Assembly: GCF_964355755.1 (NCBI RefSeq)
Contig: NC_092677.1
Coordinates: 208,101 to 272,100 of the forward strand
Origin: Antedon mediterranea
Taxonomy: Eukaryota; Animalia; Echinodermata
Reading direction: 5' to 3'
DNA length: 64,000 bases
This document shows, in pieces, positions 13,190 through 40,732 of the stretch. Under the pieces are notes generated by a model. It was not told where the DNA came from. It did no database searches and saw only the letters and a list, made by a program, of their open reading frames with translations. Position numbers and translations under genes: made by a program. How positions within the stretch are numbered: position 1 is the stretch's first letter; the number at the start of each line of letters is the position of its first letter.

Positions 13190-13327
13190 TGCAGTGCCCT
13201 CATTATTATATTGGTCATCAGAGTGTGTAACAGTCTTGTTAAGGATACAAGCAATGCAACGAGCGTTGGAATCGAACCTACGATCTCACAATCGGTAGTT
13301 CAGTGTCCACACGCTGCGCCACAGCCT
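13190..13327 (-). mobile_element. tRNA-derived SINE (5' part)
   Basis: Minus strand GGCTGTGGCGCAGCGTG (A-box-like)...GTAGGTTCGATTCC (B box) followed by GTATCCTTAACAAGAC, resembling the GTGTCCTTGAGCAAG segment of conserved SINE central domains; 3' boundary uncertain. Confidence 0.7.
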
Positions 13328-13687
13328 TATGGAAGGGCGCGTGTTTTAATGTGCAAAAAGTATCACTGGAATTACGGTACAATACATTATAACATTTTGA
13401 AGTCAAATAAATGATAATATTGACAGTTGCAACAAACAAAGAGTGGGTATATACAGAAAATGAGAATATTTATTTAATATTTGTAGGTCCTGCAGTAAAA
13501 GAATTATTTTTTAATCTCAGCCTAAAAGTAAAGTTATGGTACACGAAGTTGACTGACCCCATCGTCGGAGATGCCTAGCTTGAAGCTAGTGTACTACACT
13601 ACTACCATCTTTAATGGATTGTTTTTTTTTTATAAGCCTAAATTTGATAATAAAACATTACCTTTCTTAAATAATTTGGCCTTACTG

Positions 13688-13900
13688 CAGGGGCGGACGC
13701 AGGGGGGTTGCTCCAGTTGCCCGGGCAACACCCTTAATTTCATACTAAATGTTTTTTCTGTCACTCTGTGCGATAGTACCATTATAACCATTTCCGGCCA
13801 TCTAGGTGTAATTTAACAAAATTCGCAAAAACTCGTTATAGTCTACGGTCCTGGACTAGTGGGCAACCCCCTCCTTAAAATAGTTCTGCGACCACCCCTG
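13688..13900. mobile_element. Short MITE with CAGGGGCGG termini (hAT-like)
   Basis: CAGGGGCGGACGCAG...CTGCGACCACCCCTG imperfect TIRs; flanks TTACTG/TAACTG. Confidence 0.7.
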
Positions 13901-15345
13901 TAACTGTACTGGATACGATTACGGTGTCTGTGCTATTTTGTAATTTACAGTAATCCATGCTGGCAGCTGATGAAATATTGAACTTACTTGTCATACTGTA
14001 CATTAAGTCTAGGTGCGAGTCTAGGCTAGAATTCCCATCTTCTCTGAGGTCCTGATGTACTTGCTGGAGAGCTGGTGAAGAGCCAACATCCTACTCATGA
14101 GTCATCGTACGCGTAAGTAGGGCCTAACTGACAATGACCTAATAATTGATAGCGTCTTCTTGATACAATAACATTAGCTACGAGAGTCTGTATAAAACTG
14201 TAAATTTTACTGATGCATAGAGAATGCAATTTACTCAAATTTATCTTGGCAGTGAGTGTTATCTTAGTTGCTTTTCTATGCCTATAGCTGAAAGAATGGA
14301 TGCATGTAGAATGAGAGAGAGAGAGAGGGCGGATGGAGGGCGCCGCAATTTGGCGCCGGCGGGGGATGTAAAAACGTTTTTCGACACGTGCGTCATCCGC
14401 CACCTACTCAGAGTATGCAGTGCGGCATGTTTGAAACCGACGATGACAGTTAGCCCAAAACGTGAAACATTATTTTTAAATTGAAAGGTCTACAATAAAG
14501 ATTATTTATTTATTTTGTGTATCCAAATTGAAAATAAAAAATACTTTTAAAACTTGATTTAATGTATGTCGTAAACCTTGGCTTCGGGAAAAAGAATGTG
14601 TGGTTTATTTCAAGAAATGTTTTTAAAACAAATACAAATTCGTCTTGACCTAGTAATAGTAGCATGGAGCGGCTATAAAATCATGACAGTGAGTATGGAA
14701 GATGAAAGATAAGTACTGTAGCACCATGCCACTTACTTTGAGAAAAACCCAAATTATCATATATTATCAACAATGGTGTTTGCACAAATAAATACTTATT
14801 CTATATTTATTCAAATTTCAAGCATTTTTACTTTAAATTATATCATAGAGACAGATAATATACTAGTACTTTTAAGTACTAGTATATCTTAAAAGACAGA
14901 AGCATTTAAATCATATTCTCTTGATAACAATATTCTGTTTAAAACATGGTTATGACTCATCGGCAGTAAACTAACTTGAAATAAAAATACCTTCTGGAAA
15001 ATTACAGTAATCTACAAAAATGCATCTACTGTATAAAGATGAACTTTTCACCTCAATTTTCAATGTTAGATCAAAAACTATATTAATTTTACTGTACAGA
15101 AATATCTTTCAATTGATTACAAGGTATACTTTTACAGTAGTTTGTAAGAAATTAATAATTTTCCTTTTTGTCTTGAATGTTATTACGAATATTATAGAGT
15201 AACTACTGCAGTATTCACACAGTATTAAATAATCTAAATAGTTATAATTGTTATCCTTTCCCACTATCCATTAAGATCCTGGCCATTGAACACCTCAACC
15301 AGATGGAAACTCGCCAGTTGTATAACTGTCATCAGACCACTATCT

Positions 15346-18732
<3,387 letters not shown>

Positions 18733-18910
18733 GGTGACTTGTTAATTTTGCTAATAGAAATTCTTCATTTGGAATTTTTTACAGAAAACTTTATTGTATT
18801 TCTATGCCAAAGTTCAAAATCTGTGGAGCAAAACACAATATGTTATATACCCTTCTTTGAAAAACAAGAAAATGTCAAACTCCTTCCCATTGTTATAGTA
18901 CGTACCGGGG

Positions 18911-19605
18911 GATGCAGGTCAAGTCGGCCCCAAACTGTCTCGGCCAAAGTCAAGTCAGCCCCACGTCAAGTCGGCCCCAAGTCAACTCGGCCTCACGTCA
19001 ACTCGGCAAAAACTAATCGGTCACAATAAAGTATGGAACGCAAAAAGTGCTTAATATTATTATGATTATTACTATCCACTCTTTAAAAAAAATTAATAAG
19101 AAAAATACTCATATAAAAAAATTATCTCATTGCCGATATGAATCCGCGTGTTACAAAAACGTCGCCTAATCAAATGCATACACAGAAGAAATCTACGCGT
19201 GATTCAACCATGGCGTTAACAATAACATTATTTAATACCTCAATGATTCAACCAAACAATCTTATTACACCTAATAAATGTCCTCGCATATCGGACATGT
19301 TTATTGAATTTTGACGCACGACGAACGAATATACGCGCCCAAACGTGCACCATCATTATTGTTCCTATTTATTATCCACATGTTCATATTGTAATCATTA
19401 ATAATAGTATGAAAGCTAGCTTATTAATCAATTGTTTGTTATGCGCGATTTGAACAATTTGAAATTTTATTAAACGTAAATAAAGGAAAGTTGGTGAAAT
19501 CCTCTTATTTTTTTTGGTAATTTATGTATTAATTATTGTCTAAATATTGACTTGGGGCCGACTTGACTTGGCCGAGACGGTTTAGGGCCGACTTGGATCG
19601 AAATC
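18911..19605. mobile_element. Mutator-like (MULE) MITE in the DCAF8 5' intron
   Basis: TIR core CAAGTCGGCCCCAAACTGTCTCGGCCAA mirrored at 19568-19595; subterminal GTCAAGTCGGCCCCA repeats; imperfect 9-bp TSD GTACCGGGG/GTACAGGGT. Confidence 0.75.
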
Positions 19606-20463
19606 GTACAGGGTCTAACTATATAATTTGTACTCTGGCAATTGTCTGAATGAATCTACTCATAGTCAGTTATATAGTCAGTTATATTGTCAGATTAATG
19701 TATGTCAATCTATCAATATCAATAAGGAAGGTTAGGTTGAATGAATGGGGAGATCAAGAACTTAGCACAAACTTCCACTAGATCATGGGCATGGATTGGA
19801 ACACACTGGAAATAACAAGTGCAACTATTTTAAATTATACTGTGTAAAAATAAACAACAAACACTGGGGAGAATACATGGGTATTATAGTAGTTAAAATT
19901 AATTGCATGTACCTATAGTAGTAGGCGTTATTTAAAAATGTCAGTTAATAAACCTAACCCATTTTCAATGTTGTTGTATTGTGTGTAGTTAATACGCAAT
20001 ATTACTAAGCCTAAATGTTCCATTTCAACTTAATTCTGTTTCATAAAACATGCTCTTCTTAGGTAAAGATAAAATGTCACAATTAGTAAATCATTAATTA
20101 TGTCAGCTGTATACTTAAAAGCTAAAGTTCAATCAGGACATCAGGCAATCATTCATTGTCTTGTTTAGACAGCACAGACAGTTTTTGTTACTCACTCACT
20201 TCATTCATGACGTATACCAATTATAATATATATTGTTTTTAGAGGTTTTATACCTTAAACTAGGAAAGAATATACACATAATTAACAAGTGCAACTATTT
20301 TACTTCTCAATGCAACATATTTATGCAAATTACCTGCTAATATAATCTTCTTTTAAACCCTGTGTTGTATGCACGTACATCATAAAAATGTTCTCGCTCA
20401 AACCAAAATAAAGACGAATTACGTCACATGAACATCGCCCTCAAGTTTAAAATCAAAACAAAA

Positions 20464-22269
20464 ATGGCAGCCTCCATGGAGAAATTAAGAAATGATGTTC
20501 AAACACTGATTGTCGAAAAAGAAGAAATTGAAAAAGAAATTAAAGAATTTAGCGAAGTTTTAAAATCGGTTAGTAATCGGGTAGTTATTAATACTGCTAT
20601 GAATATGCCTATTAATAAATACGAATAAATAGGGCTAGAGGCCTTTAGGCTAGACTAGAGAGAGAGAGGTAGGCTCTTATTATTAAGCTAGACTCTAGTC
20701 TAGAGGCTAGTCGGTATATAGATGGTAGATAGGCCTAGGTCTCTAGTAGTGTGAATGTGACGGAGCTGCAGTGTTGAATGTATCCTGCATAGAATCCTAG
20801 TAAAATGTCACACTCGCTAGTAACAGACTTAACAATAATTAGATTTATCTTATTATATTAGTTAGACCTACTCATCTCGAGTCATATTTATACTACATGG
20901 AGGGAGGGAGGGAGGCATTTGTATATTCTGTTACTGTACTTAAAAATTAATTTATAATATTATTTTTTTGTATTAAAAATAACTATTTTAAATTAAACAT
21001 TTACAGCAAAAAGATGTTGGGATGAAAAGTCCACTAGTTGATGAAGAAGGGTATCCAAGAAACGACATTGATGTTTACACAGTGAGAACAGCACGTCAAC
21101 AAATTATATGTACGTTTTATTTAATAAATAGCCTAATATTAAATAAAGTTAAATTACATTTACCAAAGCTACTGGAAAAGATAATCTGTCTGTCTCTCAG
21201 CAGCCACTCAGTCCATATTTGAAATTCATTATTTAATACTTGTGTTGTATGAAATGTAATATTGGTTAATAATAGTATATATTAATAATTGATAAATTTA
21301 ATTAATGTTTGTTCTGTTGAAGGTCTTCAGAATGACCACAAGGCAAAGATGAAAGACATAGAGAATGCTTTACACGCTTTACACAGTGCTCAACGAGACC
21401 AGCCTGCAAAAACAATAGAACCTATCAAGATGGCAGAAACTACACTCGTCCCATTCGCCAAAATTGATCTGGTTTCTGCTGGATCACCAGCAGAACAAGG
21501 GGTTAGTCAAGTTTTGTGTTTAAGCTTGGTTCCCATTAGAGACAAAACACAATCGTGTTGACCGATCACATATGAAAGTTTGAAGAATCGAAAGATTGTG
21601 ATTGGTCAACTCGCTTACGTCTGTGTTGTGTCTTTAGTTGGAACCAAGCATTAGTGATAGTACAGTAGTAATTCATGGACATCTGTTATATTGTGTTTTT
21701 TTTTAAAGTATAATAGAGTAGCAGTGGTGTGGTGTAATCTTTTTTAGGACTTTAAGGTTGGTGATGAAGTGGTCAGTTTTGGATCAGTACACAAGGATAA
21801 TTTCAAAAACATTCAAGCGATTGGAAGTATTGTGCAGAATAGCCAAGGGGTAGGTAATAATAATAATAATAAACAGTATTTATATAGCGCCTAATGGATC
21901 ACTGACCCCTCTAGGTGCTTTACATAGGACCTTAACTAATGGTAATAAACTACAGTGATATTCCATTTAGAATAGTAGTACTATCTCGGAAAACTGTTAA
22001 AACAATAGATTTTTTTTAATTAAAAATGTCCATTACTATATTACCATATATTTACTTTAATTTTTCCTTCAGAAACCGATCAGAGTTGTAGTTTTAAGAA
22101 ATTCCAAGAAGACTGTTCTATCACTCACCCCTAAGAAATGGAGTGGAAGAGGGCTTTTAGGGTGAGTTTGCTGCACCTTAAATTACTCTCTAGCAAACTC
22201 TCTGTATAAATATCTTTTTTAATATGTAATTTGTTTATCCACAGATGTAACATTGTACCCATGAGATGA
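20464..22269 (+). CDS. PSMD9: 26S proteasome non-ATPase regulatory subunit 9; exons 20464-20568, 21007-21109, 21323-21501, 21748-21849, 22073-22161, 22245-22269
   Basis: [44 protein letters not shown]-like [13 protein letters not shown]...[28 protein letters not shown]; all junctions in phase. Confidence 0.96.
21523..21650. mobile_element. Harbinger/Tourist-like MITE (family B)
   Basis: TTA|AGCTTGGTTCCCA...TGGAACCAAGCA|TTA; internal GACCGATCACA/TGTGATTGGTC inverted pair. Confidence 0.75.
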
Positions 22270-22601
22270 CGGAAGACGACAATATTGATGAATGTGAGAT
22301 TTGACAGCATTGAAACAATACAGCATAAACTTCTTTATACTTTATTTTATATGCTATTAATTTATAAACAGTTGTATTGTCTTTCTGATATTGAATTAAG
22401 ATTGGACTTATTAGAAATTTTATTTTAATTAAGTTGTGACTTAATGTATCCTGGTGGTTAGTTTAAAAACATCAAAATGTAGTCCTTTAAATAAATCGTA
22501 ACCAGACTTCTCATCGTAATATAGGTCATTGTATGGATTCTAGCAATTTATTCTGGTAAATCCTGAACACATCAATCAACTTGCATCAAATTAACAATAA
22601 A

Positions 22602-23992
22602 TCACTTTTCTTCAAAATTTACTTCTGTGAATAAATGAAAAAAATATTTGAAATTTTGATCCACGAAATAAAGATACTCATTAAAGTGAAATCCTTTGAT
22701 GCGTGTAAAGTTATATTGTTATACTTATATTGGATATACGGTAAGTATATTGTGCACAGTACTTATGTTAGTGTTACTGTATATTGGATATACGGTAAGT
22801 ATATTGTGCACAGTACTTATGTTAGTGTTACTGTATATTGGATATACGGTAAGTATATTGTGCACAGTACTTATGTTAGTGTTACTGTATATTGGATATA
22901 CGGTAAGTATATTGTGCACAGTACTTATGTTAGTGTTACTGTATATTGGATATACGGTAAGTATATTGTGCACAGTACTTATGTTAGTGTTACTTATATT
23001 AGTGTTACTTATATTGGATATACGGTAAGTATATTGTGCACAGTACTTATATGTTAGTGTTACTGTATATTGGATATACGGTAAGTATATTGTGCACAGT
23101 ACTTATGTTAGTGTTACTGTATATTGGATATACGGTAAGTATATTGTGCACAGTACTTATGTTAGTGTTACTTATATTAGTGTTACTTATATTGGATATA
23201 CGGTAAGTATATTGTGCACAGTACTTATATGTTAGTGTTACTGTATATTGGATATACGGTTAAAGTATATTGTGCACAGTACTTATGTTAGTGTTACTTA
23301 TATTGAGTATATACGGTAAGTATATTGTGCACAGTACTTATGTTAGTGTTACTTATATTGAGTAAGAAATGAATGAATGTTAATACTGTTGGTGCTGGGA
23401 ACTTGCTGAAAGTAGACGAAATATGGATAACAACACTAACCTTTGAAATTAAAATCTGGGAACTGTGTCATGTCTCCGCCACCATACATCCTATTTAATT
23501 TGGAGGTTTCTTGTTCAATCTCCTTCAGTATTTGTGGATTAGGGTCAATCATGCCACCACTTGATCTGAAACACAAGATTTTAAATGACTGATTGATATT
23601 GTGAAGAAGTGTTATTGGACAATCCAAAATTTTAAATCAATAAAAAAAATCATTAGATCATATGCAATGGTTTCCAAAAGTTTCATTGTGTTTTACTTGC
23701 TTGTAGCATGGACCTATTTAGAAGGTCCATGCTACTTGTAGTATAAAAGGTGGTAAATACAGTATAGTTAGTTCAGTAATTGTATGTAATAAATAGACAG
23801 TTTGTACAGTGAATGATCATATATGACTCACTTGCTTTTACTGGCATATGCCCTGACTTTATCCAGGTACAATTTCTGAATAGGATCCAGGTTGGCTTCT
23901 TTATTTAACACTGCTGATGAGGATGTAATAGTTCTACACATGCTCACAGACAGCCTCATTACAGGCAATACTTGCCTTATTGAAGATTGCAT
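22602..23992 (-). CDS. ATP5PF: Mitochondrial ATP synthase coupling factor 6; exons 23992-23832, 23565-23441, 22624-22602 (102 aa)
   Basis: Transit-peptide-like start, LDPIQKLYLDKVRAY, GGMIDPNP, LNRMYGGGDMTQFPDFNFKE; last exon chosen by best acceptor (TTTATTCACAG); non-coding exon donor at 24480. Confidence 0.9.
22722..23362. repeat. Intronic minisatellite, ~54-bp unit
   Basis: TATATTGGATATACGGTAAGTATATTGTGCACAGTACTTATGTTAGTGTTACTG tandem copies inside the last ATP5PF intron. Confidence 0.95.
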
Positions 23993-25949
23993 TTTAATTC
24001 CTATTAACAAAAATATAATAAAATAAGAGTAAGACAAAATCACTCTAAAAAATAGGCATATAGCCATAGGCCCTAGCCTAGTAGGCCTAGCTAGGCTATC
24101 CCATTTTTTTATTTTGTATGAATATTTTTTTTTACACTTTTTTTGGTGGGCCTTGATTATATAAATAATTTATATTTTAGGAGGACCCGCACTACTATTT
24201 CTACTACTGGCTAGGCTAAGGTTACTATTTCTAGGCTAGCAATTGCCTCCTCTCTATCTACGCTTCACTCAATCACGTCGCCAGCTCTCTGCAGATAATA
24301 TGAGGATCGAGTAGGCCTGGCCCTAGCCTAGCCTTAAAATGCAACTTAAACACTTTCAGAAGAAATTATCATATAAAATAATATATGCAAATAAAATATA
24401 CAATAATAAAAGTATTAAGGTCGTAAATTGTAAATAACTTACGGTATGACGACCTGCTAAAAATGAACAAATGAACTCACACTTTTGTAGCGACAATCTC
24501 ACCGGCGAAATGAAATACTGTAAGAAGACGACTGTACTGTACTTTAATACTTTAAAGCGACTGGCGCGCTGCAACTAATCCGCCAGATGATTAAATGAAA
24601 AGTAGGTTCAGAACAACGACAAAGTACCATGTTATGACGCGCGCACGCCGCCTGAACATCTTTGAGAACCAACAAAGTGCCCTCTACATGGATTGCTATA
24701 GTGTTATATCTCCTACTTATTTTTTGACGAAATGAAGCGGTCTCTCTGCCCTGCATAATAGGCATTCAAGCAAGTGGTGGATCTCTGTATTTATCTTTAC
24801 CAGATAAGCATAGATATCGCAGCACTATTCATAATAATACCACCATATCACACGCTACTTTGATCAACAGTATGATATTATCAGATCATCTTCTACAATC
24901 GCGGAGTGTCTACTGTATCAGTGATCTCCTCCTCTAAAATACTCCTGGTTGTTTTCAGTATCACTAGTTACTGTATGTTTCATATATCTGTTTTGTTTAT
25001 AATTGGTTTTGTTTATAATTAATATTACCGCATACATAATAAAAGAACATAGGACACAATGTTGGTGTAGATATTTTTATTGAACACAATAATCAACTAA
25101 GCTGCACAAATTGAAAAGCCTAAACACAAGAACAGCATCAACAGTGATAATATAGAACTATAGGAATTAACAATCAACAATGTTATGGTTTATTTGACAT
25201 GAAAAGGACATTTTTTTAATAAAGTATACAATTTTTTAAACATCTAAAAGGAAATTATTGTATAGATATTTTGTACTTTTTAATCTTCACGTTGTTTTAA
25301 ATGTTGTAATTTTGTTTTTTATTGTTTGATGATTATGTTTTGCTTTGGAGACCCACTTGATAGTTTGACTTAGGTCGCCTTTGGGAATCCTGTCTCTCTC
25401 TTTTGTTTGTTATTTTTTGTTATATGCGAGAAATTTGTTGAAATTGTTTGGTTTGTACAATATTATTTGTTTGACATAAATTAAATTTTTTATTAAACAG
25501 AGTATACGATTTGTTATCATCTGAAGGGCAATTTGCTACAATTATTTACCAAGTGTTGACATTTTTTAGTATGTATAATAAAAACCTTTGATACTTGTGG
25601 AATAGATGGAATTGTTTAGTACATACAATTTGTGATATTTAAAACAGATAGCAATGTTTCTATAACATTTAAAGGAAATTTAATACTACTTTAAGTACAA
25701 TTTATAGGGATTACTTTATGTATGGTGGAGGGATGTTGAAGATACACAGTTGAGATTACAGTTAAAAAGTCATATATATGGGTAGGCTTATTCAAATGAT
25801 GCTGTGTGGATCAATGGAGATGTTATATTATGTGAACAATATTCTGTTGGACAATTCTATGGCAAGTGTGTGATGATGAATATGTAAACATTTTAGTTAT
25901 GTGATCTATTTAAACTACATGAATACTGTTTAACAATATGTTTGGAGTA

Positions 25950-37463
<11,514 letters not shown>

Positions 37464-38127
37464 CTTGACTGTGTAGATCGCGGTGGTTTTTTGCCTATGA
37501 AGGAAAAGAAGGCGTTTCCTCCATATACAGAGACGCGCATGATACGCAAATTAATTACCCAACTACGTTGATTGACATCTTGTTTCAATATCAATCCGCC
37601 TAGTGTAATTTTACTCTTTATTACTACTTGCCTGTGATATGCTGGGACTGTAGTCTACTTCACTTTAAAATTCTAAAAATTATAAATTAATTATTCGTTT
37701 AGTATGTTCTGAATGCCTATCTATGGTAAAGTTGTTCACAAAAACTTTAAAAAAACCAGTACAATACAGTACTGTAGTATGAACACTAGGCGTTGGGGAT
37801 ATGAATATCATTATTATATCAAGTTACAGTAGTCTTTAATAAATAAATAGGAAAATAATTCATCAATGCACACAAAAGTATATTTTTACTAAAATAAAAA
37901 GACAAACAATAATGGCTTTACTTTTATTAGGTATTATATAACACAACTTTATTATTCAGACAAAGCAACTAGCTTCTGCAGTAGTACACAGAATGTATAG
38001 TTTAGGTATTATATAACACAACTTTATTATCCAGACAAAGCAACTAGCTTCTGCAGTAGTACACAGAATGTATAGTTTTTGGTGAATATTTGTCTATTGT
38101 TTCATTTTTTTACTGCAATCATCTGGA

Positions 38128-38247
38128 ACTATGCTGTACAGTAGGCCTCCATATTTTACTATGCTGTACAGTAGGCCTCCATATTTTACTATGCTGTACA
38201 GTAGGCCTCCATATTTTACTATGCCGTACAGTAGGCCTCCATATTTT
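38128..38247. repeat. Minisatellite, 30-bp unit, downstream of the MRPL41 stop
   Basis: CTATGCTGTACAGTAGGCCTCCATATTTTA x4. Confidence 0.9.
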
Positions 38248-38317
38248 TATACAGTTGTCTACCAATTCTAAACATCCAAGGCAACAAGACATACATGTCA
38301 CCTAACAAGTCACCTGA

Positions 38318-39653
38318 TCACCTAGTAACATTTTCTGTTAGTTTCTTCTCTTTATCTGTCTCTTTAAAATCCTCAATAAGTTTAGGAGCAATACAAGCAT
38401 CAAATATCTGTTTAGCGGTAATAGGTTCCTCATTTGGTTTTACAGCTTTGTATGAAACATACGGCTTGAGCTGTGGATAAAATAAAATATTACTTTTGGA
38501 TGAATAATTAACAGATAATTGAAAATGGGTTTATTTTTGGACAACAAGGTCTTATTTGGCACCTGTATACACTTACTTATTCATGAGTTCTACTACATAC
38601 TACTATTTTATTTTACTTTTATTGGACGACTACATTAATTATTACGTATTCTCAAAAGAAGATAACATTTTAATTTACTTACTTGAAAATTGCTCAAATC
38701 TGGAACAATAAATTCTGGAATTTTTTCAGGAATATTTACAACTCTCCCTGAGAAAAGAAATGTGCACATAATTATATATTTATTAAATATTATATAATCA
38801 TAAAGTTTAATATAAATATGTTTCATATTGTAAAAATTACATTTACAGTGTATAAACTACAGTATATACATACACAACCACAACAATAGTATAGAAAACA
38901 ATAGCATTCATCAACATTTACATGAAATTAAAATGATTGATGAAAATTCAATTAAAAATTATTTACTGTTTACTGTAGTCATACACAAGTAATAATTCAC
39001 CAAATAAACTTATTCTGTAAATAAAAATAAAATTGTTCATATTTACTTACTTCCATACCTGATAACTGTTGATTGTGTACCACGATCTGAAAACAAAATT
39101 TAAACATACAATTTACACTACATATACAGTATTACTATTATACAACATACACAGTATTATACAACATACACAGTATTATACAACATATACAGTATTATAC
39201 AACATACACAGTATTATACAACATACACAGATGGACGAAGGCAATTCCAGTAAAATAAATTTATAATTACAGTATTAATTAATATATGATTATTTGTGGT
39301 GGTGGATGGGGAAATCAACTAATGTAGGCTTAACTATCCATAACACTGGCCTACTCAATCAATTTAAGCCTGGCCTGGGCCTAGAAGATATTGGGCTTCT
39401 GCTACTGAATTGAGGAGGTCGAAATAACTGATGGCGGCCGAAATGTTCATACACAAGGCCTGTCACAGTATCATACACTCTCTCTCTCACTCTCCTGCCT
39501 AGCCTAAAAAATCAAGGTAGAAGCTCCTCAAAAAACAAGTACTAATTTAACATAGTTACTTGGATGATAATGTTTGTTTCCTCGTTTGCTTGTCATTGGA
39601 GAATGTTTATCAGCCCCCCTGAGCCCTCTAAATAAATTAGAAAGGAACGGCAT
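38318..39653 (-). CDS. MRPL41: Mitochondrial ribosomal protein mL41; exons 39653-39560, 39086-39051, 38747-38683, 38470-38318 (115 aa)
   Basis: RGADKHSPMTSKRGNK...IPEFIVPDLSNFQLKPYVSY hallmark; junction phases add up to 348 nt. Confidence 0.92.
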
Positions 39654-39981
39654 TTTATAATAAAAAAGAGAATTTCAGAGCAGCAGAAAAATTCTTTTTA
39701 CATGCTTTTTTCCAAACACCAACACGCCCCCAACGGCAATATTGATGTCGACACGCGGTACACAAATTACTCTGGCTGCACGTCACACACCACCGCGCCA
39801 CACCACCAAAATCATATTTTATTTTTATTTTTTGGTTGATCTTTGAAAGAAAAAATAATTATCTTTTTACATTCTTTTAATTTTTAACTTGTTTGGGTCC
39901 CTTGTTTGTATTGTTATTTCTTAAACAATGAATTAAAAAATGTGAGGATCGACCAGCAGCAGGCATTCTTCCTGTTTGTTG

Positions 39982-39995
39982 GTAACCCAGGCAAC
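39982..39995. promoter_or_regulatory. RFX X-box-like motif in the MRPL41/JHY divergent promoter
   Basis: GTAACCCAGGCAAC fits the X-box palindrome GTTRCCATGGYAAC; followed by forkhead-like AAAACATAAATAAA. Confidence 0.6.
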
Positions 39996-40312
39996 AAGAC
40001 AAAACATAAATAAAGGTGATTTGTGTGTGGATGATGAACGGCAAAGAAGGTGACTGTTATATGATTTTAGTGAGTGGTGTTATGTTTGTCGTTGGTGACA
40101 GCATAGTGATTGAGTTTGGGTTATGGAATGTGGCCTAGCCCTAGGCCAACATTTTAAGGTAGTAATACTGCTTTTATTGATGAAGGAATTGTTTTTCTAA
40201 CTTCTAGATAGCATGCATTTAAAATACAGTATTTTATTTTTACTTAAAGGCCTAGGCCTAGGCCTACATACTAATAGGTTTATAAAATACAGTTGACTAT
40301 GATATATATTAT

Positions 40313-40487
40313 CAGGGAAAATTTTCATTTAAAAATTTTGTTTAGCAATATTGCTAATCAAACTGGTTTTTAAGTCGAGAAACATAGTTTTGTATTGTAT
40401 TTTTTGCTACACAATTTTCAAAATGTGTAGCAATAAGGTTGTTTTGTATAGCTTTTTGCTACGCTACACTGGCGAAAATGTTCCCTG
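40313..40487. mobile_element. Short MITE with CAGGGAA termini
   Basis: CAGGGAAAATTTTC...GAAAATGTTCCCTG; flanks ATTAT/ATTAT; internal TTTTTGCTAC repeats. Confidence 0.7.
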
Positions 40488-40732
40488 ATTATTATTATTT
40501 ATTAATATTATTATTATTAAATAATATATAGGCTTATACTTATAGCCATTAAGCCCTAGCCTAGACTATGATATGATAGAGTTGGCCTACATTATTTTTG
40601 TAATGGTAATAAATGCAATTATGTTATGTTATTATGACCTTGTTTGTAGGTACCGGTACCAGCAATATGACATCGCTCAACACTCAACTAGTATTCTGGG
40701 ATTTACAACATAATACCTGATCAAATAAAAAA

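Noticed and set aside
13255-13327. tRNA gene
   Set aside because: A and B boxes are present but acceptor-stem pairing is poor and SINE-like sequence follows; called a SINE instead.
19132-19296. Nested element with CCGATATG/CATATCGG ends inside the MULE-like MITE
   Set aside because: Only an 8-bp inverted match; cannot be told from chance.
22635-23057. Repetitive ORFs on both strands
   Set aside because: Products of the 54-bp minisatellite in an ATP5PF intron.
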